DNA from: Candidatus Micrarchaeota archaeon
Lineage (GTDB): Archaea; Micrarchaeota; Micrarchaeia; Micrarchaeales; CABMGC01
Direction: 5' to 3'
Length of the DNA stretch: 50,356 nt
NCBI GenBank assembly: GCA_964419095.1
Contig: CAYQOG010000002.1
Location: 1 to 50,356 of the forward strand
Shown here: in pieces, positions 7,420 to 15,268 of the stretch
How positions within the stretch are numbered: position 1 is the stretch's first letter
Layout of the letters: each line of letters begins with the position of its first letter
Made by a program: the position numbers and the translations under genes
Notes under the pieces: model-generated
Told to the model about the DNA's origin: nothing
Seen by the model: only the letters and a program-made list of their open reading frames with translations
Databases searched by the model: none

Positions 7420-8550
7420 ATGGTGCCCGTGCGCGAGATCGCCTCTGTCGAAATCCATTGCATAATCGAGGAGCTGAAGGCAAAGGTGGCCGACGGCTTC
7501 GTGAGAAAATTCTACGATCTTGGAGGCGGAGCCTTCAGGTTCACATTCTACAAGGGGACAAAGAATACGATGGTGTACTGCAAGCTTCTCTCCACGTTCA
7601 ACGAGACAAGCCTGTCGGAGAGCGCAGGCGAACCCTCCCAGTTCGCGATGGGCATGAGGAAGCGCATAGAGGGCTGCAAGGTATCATCGCTCTCGCAGCA
7701 TGGTTCCGACCGTATAATCGAATTGGGCATACTCTCAAAAGAAGGCGAGTACAAGTTGGTAATGGAGATGTTCGGAAAAGGGGATATCGCTCTTGTAAAT
7801 GCAAAGGGTATGATAGAGCAGTGCTACACCAACCTCTCTTTCAAGGACCGCGACATAAAGCCGAGATCAGAGTATAGGTTCCCGCAGTCCCAAGCTCTGG
7901 ATATATGGAATGCAAGCGAAAAGCAGGTGCTCGACGCAGTCAAAGCAATAAAGGGAATGAATAAGGCGATGTCAGAAATGTCAAAGGCGATAAACTTCGG
8001 CCCCCTCTACCTGGAGAACATCTTCAATGCTGCAGGTATAAATCCGAAAGGAAAGATAGCAAGCGATGAGGAAGCGGAGAACCTTGCAGGCGGGATCAGC
8101 GAATTCCTCAGGCAGCTGGAAAAGCCTGAGCCCCGCATCTACAAGTCAGATGGAAAGGCTGTTGATTATGCGATAATCCCGATAAAGAAATACGAGGATG
8201 CCGGCTTCGATTCCGTGCGCTTCGATACCGTCAGCGCAATGCTTGACGAGATGCATTCGGGGGAGCGCGCCACTGTGAAGGACGATGCCAATGCGAAGCG
8301 CACGGCGGAGCTGAGCTCCAACATAAAGAGGCAGGAAGAGCTCACGATACAGCTCAAGGCAGAGGCTGCCGACTACCAAATCTCCGGGAACATGATAATG
8401 GCGAGGATGCATGAGATAAATTCACTGATAGAATACCTAAGGCAGAACAAGAGGGCCACCATCCAGGAGCTCGAGTCCTCGTTCAAAGGCTTAAAGATAA
8501 AAGGCCTAGACCTCAAGAATAAGACAGTGAAAGTAGAACTGGGCGAGTAG
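7420..8550 (+). CDS. NFACT-family (Rqc2/Tae2/FbpA-like) protein, N-terminal and coiled-coil part only
   Basis: REIASVEIHCIIEELKAKVADGFVRKFYDLGGGAFRFTFYKG resembles the NFACT-N start, followed by a long coiled-coil segment. It has only 376 aa and directly abuts rnz. Confidence 0.6.
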   Translation: MVPVREIASVEIHCIIEELKAKVADGFVRKFYDLGGGAFRFTFYKGTKNTMVYCKLLSTFNETSLSESAGEPSQFAMGMRKRIEGCKVSSLSQHGSDRIIELGILSKEGEYKLVMEMFGKGDIALVNAKGMIEQCYTNLSFKDRDIKPRSEYRFPQSQALDIWNASEKQVLDAVKAIKGMNKAMSEMSKAINFGPLYLENIFNAAGINPKGKIASDEEAENLAGGISEFLRQLEKPEPRIYKSDGKAVDYAIIPIKKYEDAGFDSVRFDTVSAMLDEMHSGERATVKDDANAKRTAELSSNIKRQEELTIQLKAEAADYQISGNMIMARMHEINSLIEYLRQNKRATIQELESSFKGLKIKGLDLKNKTVKVELGE

Positions 8551-9441
8551 ATGATCAAGGTAACGGTTCTGGGAACATCGGGCGCCTCACCGACAAAGCA
8601 GAGGAACCTCACGAGCGTGGCGCTCGCCTACGACGGAAATGTCCTCCTCTTCGACTGCGGCGAAGGAACGCAGACCCAGATACTCCGGTACGGCGTCAAT
8701 TCATCGAGGATACGCGCAATATTCGTCAGCCATGCGCATGGAGACCATGTGATAGGCATAGCGGGTCTCGTCAGAACCTTGTCGCTGAACGGGAGGAGGG
8801 AGCCGCTGCTGATATGCGTGCCTAAAGGATCGGAGCCCATCATAAAAAGCCTTATCGGCTTCGACAAGGTCATGCTGACATATCCTATCGCGATAAAAGG
8901 AGTGAAAGGCGGCATGGTGTACAAAGGGAAGGATTTCACGGTCTCGGCATTCAAGCTCAATCATACCATACCGACATACGGGTACGTCTTCAAGATAGAC
9001 GACAAGAGGCGATTCATCGAGCAGAAGGCCAGGAAGCTCGGGCTCGTAGGCGAGATGTACTCGATTCTCCAAAAGAAGGGCAAGCTGAAACTTGGCAGGA
9101 AGACGATCCGGCTGAACGATATAACCAGGATAAAGGTAGGCAAGAAGATAGTGTACGCTTCTGACACACGGCCCACAAGCACCACCGTCAAAGCGGCCAA
9201 GGATGCGGACTTGCTGCTGCATGAGTCAACTTATGCGGACAGGGAGAAGAGGCTGGCCAGGCAGCGCGGCCATTCCACGGCGTACGAGGCTGCGGCAATT
9301 GCGAGGAAGGCAGGGGTAAAGCAGCTTGCGCTGATACATTTCAGCGCTAGATACACGGACATGAAGCAGATAGAGGCTGACGCAAAGAAGGAGTTTGAGA
9401 ACGTACTCATCACAAAGGACGGGGACGAGATCTACGTATAA
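8551..9441 (+). CDS. rnz: ribonuclease Z (tRNA 3' endonuclease)
   Basis: 296 aa metallo-beta-lactamase fold with VSHAHGDHVIG (H-x-H-x-DH), LFDCGEGTQ and LIHFSARY. Confidence 0.9.
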   Translation: MIKVTVLGTSGASPTKQRNLTSVALAYDGNVLLFDCGEGTQTQILRYGVNSSRIRAIFVSHAHGDHVIGIAGLVRTLSLNGRREPLLICVPKGSEPIIKSLIGFDKVMLTYPIAIKGVKGGMVYKGKDFTVSAFKLNHTIPTYGYVFKIDDKRRFIEQKARKLGLVGEMYSILQKKGKLKLGRKTIRLNDITRIKVGKKIVYASDTRPTSTTVKAAKDADLLLHESTYADREKRLARQRGHSTAYEAAAIARKAGVKQLALIHFSARYTDMKQIEADAKKEFENVLITKDGDEIYV

Positions 9442-9449
9442 GGGGATTA

Positions 9450-9749
9450 TCACTTGCCCTTGAATCTCTCGAGGTATTCCTGCCTTACAATAAGCGTTAC
9501 CTTGGCTGATTTTATCGCGTGCACGTCTACAACATAAGCGCTGCCCCTGCTTTCTACGACTGTGCCTAGTCTGCCCCTGTACCTCGGATGGGGTATGTTC
9601 CTGAAGTTCCCGTGCGGGGCTATGATTACGCGGTCGCCCGGACTGAACTTGTTTATAAGCCTGCTAAGGCCGAGTGTCGAGAGCTTTCCATGCCTGGAGA
9701 GATTCCTCGACCTCCCTGCGAATAGACCGTGTGATCTGCTACCTCCCAT
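9450..9749 (-). CDS. rpl21e: 50S ribosomal protein L21e
   Basis: 99 aa: SRSHG..RSRNL..L..F..GDRV.I..HGNFRNIPHPRYRGRLGTVVESRGSAYVVDV, the typical L21e pattern. Confidence 0.9.
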   Translation of the reverse strand: MGGSRSHGLFAGRSRNLSRHGKLSTLGLSRLINKFSPGDRVIIAPHGNFRNIPHPRYRGRLGTVVESRGSAYVVDVHAIKSAKVTLIVRQEYLERFKGK

Positions 9750-9851
9750 AAATATTCACCATTATCAAATCTGACTGGCAGTTCCGGCGGAACCGCAGCA
9801 AAAGCTTAACAGTAGGTATAGTGTATTAGTATATAAATACCTTCCCACCAC

Positions 9852-9861
9852 TATTTAAATA
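9852..9861 (+). promoter_or_regulatory. TATA box for the TBP-domain gene
   Basis: TATTTAAATA ends 25 nt upstream of the ATG at 9887, implying a leaderless transcript. Confidence 0.55.
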
Positions 9862-9886
9862 GACTATTCGAAAACACGTGATAATC

Positions 9887-10201
9887 ATGGCAAAATCAAA
9901 AACATCAAGGAAGAGGGTGATCCTCAATCCCAAATTCAAGATCGAGAACATCGTGGCCAGTGCCGACCTTGGAGTCGAACTTGACCTTTACGGCATAGCT
10001 AAGGCTTCATCAGACGTGGACTACGAGCCGGAGCAGTTCCCTGGCGCAATCTGCAAGATACACGACCCGAAGACAGCTTTGCTTCTTTTCAAGAACGGAA
10101 AGATAATCTGCACAGGAGCAAAGACGGAAGCCGACATAAAGAGGGCCATCGATCAGGTAATAAAGATAGTCAGGAACTACATAATAGAGCCTAGGGAATA
10201 A
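9887..10201 (+). CDS. single-repeat (monopartite) TATA-box-binding-protein domain protein, 104 aa
   Basis: KIENIVASADLGVELDLYGIAK..VDYEPEQFPGAICKIHDPKTALLLFKNGKIICTGAKTEADIKRAI matches one TBP repeat end to end. The stop at 10199-10201 is followed immediately by a convergent gene, so no second repeat is encoded here. Confidence 0.8.
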   Translation: MAKSKTSRKRVILNPKFKIENIVASADLGVELDLYGIAKASSDVDYEPEQFPGAICKIHDPKTALLLFKNGKIICTGAKTEADIKRAIDQVIKIVRNYIIEPRE

Positions 10202-10204
10202 AGC

Positions 10205-10408
10205 TCATCTCCCTTCGTCGCTGGTATCTGCATTCTCATCCTCAGAGTCTCCCTCGTCTGCGTCCTTCTCCTCCTTCAGCTGGTTCCTCCTATGCCCGCA
10301 GCCACAGCCGCACCTGCATCCGTCAGGGCAGCGGCAGTCTCCTGCACAGAGCTTGCACGAACACTTACCGTTGCACTCGCATTCATCGTTGGCCTCGTCC
10401 TCTACCAT
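10205..10408 (-). CDS. small Cys-rich, metallothionein-like protein with an acidic tail (67 aa)
   Basis: MVEDEANDECECNGKCSCKLCAGDCRCPDGCRCGCGCGHRRNQLKEEKDADEGDSEDENADTSDEGR has 11 Cys plus 1 His within 30 residues (CxC/CxxC runs). Codon usage is host-like. A TATA-like TTTTTAATAA (minus strand, 10431-10440) sits 22 nt upstream of the ATG at 10408. Confidence 0.55.
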   Translation of the reverse strand: MVEDEANDECECNGKCSCKLCAGDCRCPDGCRCGCGCGHRRNQLKEEKDADEGDSEDENADTSDEGR

Positions 10409-10451
10409 GATTAGGAAATGAAGCCGATGCTTATTAAAAACGGTGGGATGC

Positions 10452-11075
10452 TTAGGCATTGGCCTTGCCTGCCTTCCTTATCCTCCCGATGGCAAATACG
10501 TATATCACGTACAGCACTATCGCAAATGCGGCTATCGAGACGAAGAGCAGTGTCACGTTTGTCGTTGACAGGGCGTAATAGCCGAAGAAGACCAGCGCCG
10601 CATCCCATATCACCGTGCCTATGAAAGAGTAGAAAAGGAATTGTCCCTTCGGCATCTCGGCGAAGCCCGCGGGGAAGCTTATCAGCCCCCGCACTATGGG
10701 TATCAGCCGCGAAACGAATACGGCGAAAGATCCGTTCTTCTTGAACCACGCGTCGAATGAATCGAGCGTAGACTTCTTGATGTGGAACCATGCGAGATGC
10801 TTGTAGATTATGTCCTTCCCGACGAAATACGCTATGTAGTAATCGATCATTATCCCTATCATGCTTCCCGCAATAGCGGCTGTTATGCCCAGCCACACGT
10901 TGAGGGTGCCCGCTGCTGCGAGAGCGCCTATCGCAGGCAGCACCACCTCGCTGGGAACCGGCACGGATGCGGATTCGAGAAGCATGAGGAAAAATATGCC
11001 CAGGTAGCCGTATGCGCCCACGATTCCCATGGCAGCCGCAGCCAGTCCTGTAAGCGCCGATATTGTTCCAGCCAT
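10452..11075 (-). CDS. DedA/SNARE-associated family membrane protein
   Basis: 207 aa, multi-pass. ..FLMLLESASVPVPSEVVLP.., FVGKD, and FVSRLIPIVRGLISFPAGFAEMP are typical of DedA. Confidence 0.85.
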   Translation of the reverse strand: MAGTISALTGLAAAAMGIVGAYGYLGIFFLMLLESASVPVPSEVVLPAIGALAAAGTLNVWLGITAAIAGSMIGIMIDYYIAYFVGKDIIYKHLAWFHIKKSTLDSFDAWFKKNGSFAVFVSRLIPIVRGLISFPAGFAEMPKGQFLFYSFIGTVIWDAALVFFGYYALSTTNVTLLFVSIAAFAIVLYVIYVFAIGRIRKAGKANA

Positions 11076-11133
11076 GCTATCCTATACCATAAGCAGTATT
11101 TTAACCTTGCCGTGAATAAAACCTTGATGCGCG

Positions 11134-12153
11134 ATGCGATTAATAAGATTCAATCCAGTATCCAACGCGGTAAAGGTGGAGCCCGACTCATTCGATGACC
11201 TCTACCTCCTTGCAATAATAATCTCGAAAGGGGATATGGTAGAGGCAAGGAGCTATAGGAGATTCAAGGCCAGCGAGACTGACACGGGAGAGCAGAAGGA
11301 GGTTACCGTAAAGATAACAGTAGAGAAAGTTGAGATAGACAAGGCCGCAGGAAGGCTTAGGCTCATGGGCACGATAAAGGAAGGCAGGCCTGCCGAATTC
11401 ATAATTCTGGGAAGCCACCACACCATCAATGTCGCGCCTGGCGACATAATAGACATATTCAAGGAGGAATGGAAAGATTACATACTCAAGAGGCTAAAAC
11501 AGGCGCAGCAGGAATCAAGGAAGCCGAAACTCGGAGTGATTGTGCTTGACGACGAGAAAGCCCTAGTCTCTTACATAAAGGGATACGGCATAGACATCGT
11601 GACTGAGTTGTACAGCCGCCTGAGCAAGCGCATGAAGGAGAAGGACTTCGAGAAGCAGAAGGTCCAGTACTTCAATGACGTGATAAAAGCGATAGAGAAC
11701 ATGTCCGTAGACATGGTGATACTGGCGGGGCCAGGATTCACAAAGGAAGATATCAAGAAATATATCTCGGCTAACAACATCGAGATGAAGAAGAGGCTCT
11801 TCTATGCTCCAGCAAGCGATGCAGAACGGTCGGGAATAAGGGAAGTCATGAGAAGCTCTGCGGTAAGCGACCTTCTCCAGAACGAGCATGTAAAGAGGGA
11901 GTTCGAGTATCTGAATACGTTCCTTTCTGAGCTGAGGGTCGGATCAGCGTCATATGGCACTGACGGAGTTGCAAAGGCGATAAGCGATTCAAGGCCCGCA
12001 GCCATAATAGTGAATGACTCCGTGATAAACGACGCAAAGGTGAAGAAGGTGCTCGACATGGCCGACAGCAGGAACATAAAGATAGAAATATTCAACGCTG
12101 ATGATGACGCAGGCATACAGCTTAAGGCATTCAAGGACATCGCTGCAGTATAA
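11134..12153 (+). CDS. pelA: Pelota (Dom34-like mRNA surveillance / ribosome rescue factor)
   Basis: 339 aa. The N-terminus (V.PDSFDDLYLLAIIISKGDMVEARSYRR) and overall eRF1-like layout match archaeal Pelota. Confidence 0.88.
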   Translation: MRLIRFNPVSNAVKVEPDSFDDLYLLAIIISKGDMVEARSYRRFKASETDTGEQKEVTVKITVEKVEIDKAAGRLRLMGTIKEGRPAEFIILGSHHTINVAPGDIIDIFKEEWKDYILKRLKQAQQESRKPKLGVIVLDDEKALVSYIKGYGIDIVTELYSRLSKRMKEKDFEKQKVQYFNDVIKAIENMSVDMVILAGPGFTKEDIKKYISANNIEMKKRLFYAPASDAERSGIREVMRSSAVSDLLQNEHVKREFEYLNTFLSELRVGSASYGTDGVAKAISDSRPAAIIVNDSVINDAKVKKVLDMADSRNIKIEIFNADDDAGIQLKAFKDIAAV

Positions 12154-12166
12154 CTTAAATCCGAAC

Positions 12167-12176
12167 TAGTCCCAGC
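12167..12176 (+). repeat. left copy of the 10-bp direct repeat TAGTCCCAGC
   Basis: An exact 10-mer recurs at 12987-12996. The two copies bracket the AT-rich ORF 12321-12902. Confidence 0.6.
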
Positions 12177-12320
12177 ATAATATAGTCGCTATGTTATGCC
12201 TACCCCAATAAATTTATATCCTATGTGCCGGTAGATTGATGTGCCATATGTTTATGCTCTTACGACTAGATTCTGGACGAATGCCAATAATTATAATTCT
12301 GACAGAGTATAAGGGTATGG

Positions 12321-12902
12321 ATGCTATCTAAAATAACTGCAACTAAATACCAAGTATCTTCACAAAACACGTTGCCTTTTACACTTCAGAATGGAGAAAA
12401 GATACTAAAAGAAGTTAAGCCAGTAAAAGGAAGCCTTGCACTAGACGTGGCCTTCGACTTTATATTACCTCTACTGTTTTTTGGACTGATGACTATTTTT
12501 GCAATTTTTACACGAGCAGGCCTTTTCGTTTTATTTCCACTAGGTCTAACGATTATTTTTTGCATTATGCCAATTCTCTTCATAAAAAGATTACCAGAAA
12601 ATTACGGATCTTGGGTTACTACTCATAGAGCTATCTCATGTGATAAAACACTTAAATATCGCGTATGGTCAATGCCTTTTGAATGCATAGAGACTGTAAA
12701 GGTAGTTAGAACATTATCAGATAGGATAATGGGATCTGCGTCTTTGAAAATATCTGTGATAGGCGGATTTCGAATACCTTCCATGCCATATAGTCCAATC
12801 ACGAGAATTAGTGGTACAAATTTCTTTGACGCTATACCGATTGATAAAGCGAAGGATATTCAGAAAGTTATTCTCGATCGTGTGACTAGTAATAGCGACT
12901 GA
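12321..12902 (+). CDS. hypothetical membrane protein (two TM helices plus a possible bacterial-PH-like C-terminal domain)
   Basis: 193 aa. Hydrophobic segments LDVAFDFILPLLFFGLMTIFAIF and LFVLFPLGLTIIFCIMPILFI are followed by a soluble domain. The DNA is markedly AT-rich (about one third G+C in the 60 nt I counted). Confidence 0.5.
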   Translation: MLSKITATKYQVSSQNTLPFTLQNGEKILKEVKPVKGSLALDVAFDFILPLLFFGLMTIFAIFTRAGLFVLFPLGLTIIFCIMPILFIKRLPENYGSWVTTHRAISCDKTLKYRVWSMPFECIETVKVVRTLSDRIMGSASLKISVIGGFRIPSMPYSPITRISGTNFFDAIPIDKAKDIQKVILDRVTSNSD

Positions 12903-12986
12903 AAAAGAGCTACTTTAACTAGGTTCTAATTCACCAGATCTTGTGCAACATTCACCTGGGTTTCTGTATATAACTCCAATAAAACG

Positions 12987-12996
12987 TAGTCCCAGC
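12987..12996 (+). repeat. right copy of the 10-bp direct repeat TAGTCCCAGC
   Basis: See 12167-12176. Confidence 0.6.
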
Positions 12997-13006
12997 CGAT
13001 TCGATG

Positions 13007-14044
13007 CTATGTGATATTCAGCGCCTGCAGCCCTTGGCCGCATGGCGTGTACCATACCGATTCAAGGTTGTAGAGGCCAGGGTTCAGTACCGTGTTTGCG
13101 GTATAGCCTGTTATGCCGTTGCTTGTCCATGAGTTTGAGCCGAAGAAGCTGTTCCATGTGGAAGCCCCGTTCGGCCTGTAGTACAGCGCCATCGCGTTTG
13201 TAGTCTCTATCTTCTCCAGGTTGACGTTGGCGTTTGCATACAGGGTCGTGAAAGCCATCGAGATGAGCGGCGTGAATGACGTGGCGCATGTGGTGACGTT
13301 GTTCAGCATTGCGGTGCTCTGCGGGAACGCTACCGCGTTGGTGCCAAGATAACCAGAGCCTATGTAGGAATTCGTGCTGAAAGAATAGATAACATTGCCC
13401 CCCGTTCCGTTTACATCCCACTCGCCGTTCTGCGCCAATACGTAATTGCCTGGCAGGAAAGGCGGCGAGATCGAGTTGTACGTTATCGGGCTTATTGCGT
13501 TTGCGCCCTGCCCCACCGCAACTCCGAAGACCACTCCCCCTACTGCGGTAGACTCAGTAAGGAAGCTGCCCGTGTAAGTGACCGCCTGGGTGCAATTGTT
13601 GAGCGGAATCTCGCCTATTGCGTTATTGCAGTATTTCGCGCCTACTGCGTAATAGCCTTTCACGAATGTGCCAAGGGTCATTATGCCATTGAAAGGAACC
13701 GAGCACACTACGGTCTCCCCGGGATAGACGAAATTTGGCGTGCAGAGTCCGTTGACTGTGGTAGTGCCCACGGTTGCATTGAAACTGGTTATGTTCAGGG
13801 GCACGCTCTGCGAGCTCTCCAGCGCAACTGTTGCAAGGGAATAGTAGCTGCTGAGGTTTGAGTAATAGGAAGAGTAGCTGCACACGAAGCCTCCATAGCC
13901 TGCGCACTGGGCGGTGAAGTTCGACTGGGCCGAGGATGCAAGGAAGATTATTATCGCAAGGGCCACTGCCATGACAACGAAGAGGAAGCCGTATGTAGAG
14001 AGGAATTCTATTGAAGACTGCAGCTTCATAAGCTTCACGCTCAT
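13007..14044 (-). CDS. secreted pilin-like protein with a class III (type IV pilin-type) signal peptide
   Basis: The N-terminus M(SVKLM)KLQSSIEFLSTYGFLFVVMAVALAIIIF fits the archaeal Q-x-S-x-E-x-x-x-L prepilin motif plus a hydrophobic helix. The rest is rich in Thr/Ser/Asn with many N-x-S/T sequons. TATA geometry favours an alternative start at 14029 (MKLQ). Confidence 0.7.
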   Translation of the reverse strand: MSVKLMKLQSSIEFLSTYGFLFVVMAVALAIIIFLASSAQSNFTAQCAGYGGFVCSYSSYYSNLSSYYSLATVALESSQSVPLNITSFNATVGTTTVNGLCTPNFVYPGETVVCSVPFNGIMTLGTFVKGYYAVGAKYCNNAIGEIPLNNCTQAVTYTGSFLTESTAVGGVVFGVAVGQGANAISPITYNSISPPFLPGNYVLAQNGEWDVNGTGGNVIYSFSTNSYIGSGYLGTNAVAFPQSTAMLNNVTTCATSFTPLISMAFTTLYANANVNLEKIETTNAMALYYRPNGASTWNSFFGSNSWTSNGITGYTANTVLNPGLYNLESVWYTPCGQGLQALNIT

Positions 14045-14068
14045 AATACTATGATAGTGACTTAATAA

Positions 14069-15268
14069 ATGTTCTTCGGAAAGAGCAAAGAAGCCGAGAG
14101 TATTCCGGAATCGGGCATGATCGCGTCGCTCAACCAGAGCTTCGACTCCAAGCTGTCCGGTCTCGATGAAAAGGCGTCAAGGACATTGGAGGACATAGCG
14201 AAGGCGAGGAACGCATTCGAGCAGGCATGCGAGAGGTTCGGTGCGCTGGAGAAGGAGCCTGACACCGATTTCATAAGGGCCACGAGCACCACCTATGTAA
14301 AGGAGCAGAGGGGCGCCTACCTGAACCTCATGAAGAGGATCCTTGCCGCGCATCCGGCCAGGAAACACGAAGGAAATGTCTATGAGTCGTATCACTCAAC
14401 AATGCTTGACATAGAGACACTGCTCAGCGAGGTGCTCAGGGCCAACGCCACCTTCAAGATGGTGCTCGACGCGTATCCCAATGACCTCGGCCCTTTCAAG
14501 AAGGCATTCGGGTCGATTGAGATGCACTGGAGGATCCTCAAGTCGGAGATAGAGGCGAGGGGCAGCGACCTGATGGAGTACAACCATCTCCTCTCGCAGA
14601 TAAGGTCCCTGGTAGCCCTCTCAGACGAAATCAAGGAATTGAATCATGAGATAGTGCAACTCTCTTCAGCCGCGCCAAAGCATGCCGATGCGGCTGAAAT
14701 TTCCAGGCTGCGCGAAAAGATAGCATTGCTGAATGTGCAAAGGGAAACAATAAGCAGGAAGCTGGCGGAACTCAAGTCCGAGATAGGCGTGATACTGGGC
14801 ACCATAGACAAGCCCGCAAGGAAGCACGACTACCTCTCCCTGTACAAGCCCAAGCTTACCGCTATGCTCGACAATCCCTCCCTGCTTGCGCAGGAGGAAA
14901 GATACAGGGAGTTCTGCAGCCAGGTCGCCGATATGAAGAATGAGATAGAGAAAGGGACAATCTCAGTGAAGAATGCCAATGAAGTGCGAAAGGCGATCGG
15001 GCTTGTTCTGAACGGCAGGATTAAAGTGATACTGGAAAGCATTGAGGAGCTCAAGATAAACAAGCTCCCCCTGGAGAACGAGATGCGGGATATAGAGCGC
15101 ATGCTCCAGGAGCTCAACGACGTCGTGAGCGGCGCATCAAGAAGGGAAACGGCGCTGAGGGACTCGCAGGCAAGGCTTGCAGAGATAAGGAAGGAGCAGG
15201 AGGAATACAGGGCAAGCATAGAGCTGCTCTTCTCCAATTACTACAAAAGGAGGATAAAGATCATTTGA
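14069..15268 (+). CDS. hypothetical coiled-coil protein (399 aa)
   Basis: A long ORF with host codon usage. It is heptad-like and Glu/Lys/Leu-rich throughout. I recognise no motif. Confidence 0.6.
   Translation: MFFGKSKEAESIPESGMIASLNQSFDSKLSGLDEKASRTLEDIAKARNAFEQACERFGALEKEPDTDFIRATSTTYVKEQRGAYLNLMKRILAAHPARKHEGNVYESYHSTMLDIETLLSEVLRANATFKMVLDAYPNDLGPFKKAFGSIEMHWRILKSEIEARGSDLMEYNHLLSQIRSLVALSDEIKELNHEIVQLSSAAPKHADAAEISRLREKIALLNVQRETISRKLAELKSEIGVILGTIDKPARKHDYLSLYKPKLTAMLDNPSLLAQEERYREFCSQVADMKNEIEKGTISVKNANEVRKAIGLVLNGRIKVILESIEELKINKLPLENEMRDIERMLQELNDVVSGASRRETALRDSQARLAEIRKEQEEYRASIELLFSNYYKRRIKII

Noticed and set aside
6717-7463. Minus-strand ORFs of 169-224 aa antisense to the GGGP synthase gene.
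   Set aside because: They overlap a confidently identified, tightly operonic gene, and their composition is atypical (Arg/Leu/Tyr/Pro-rich).
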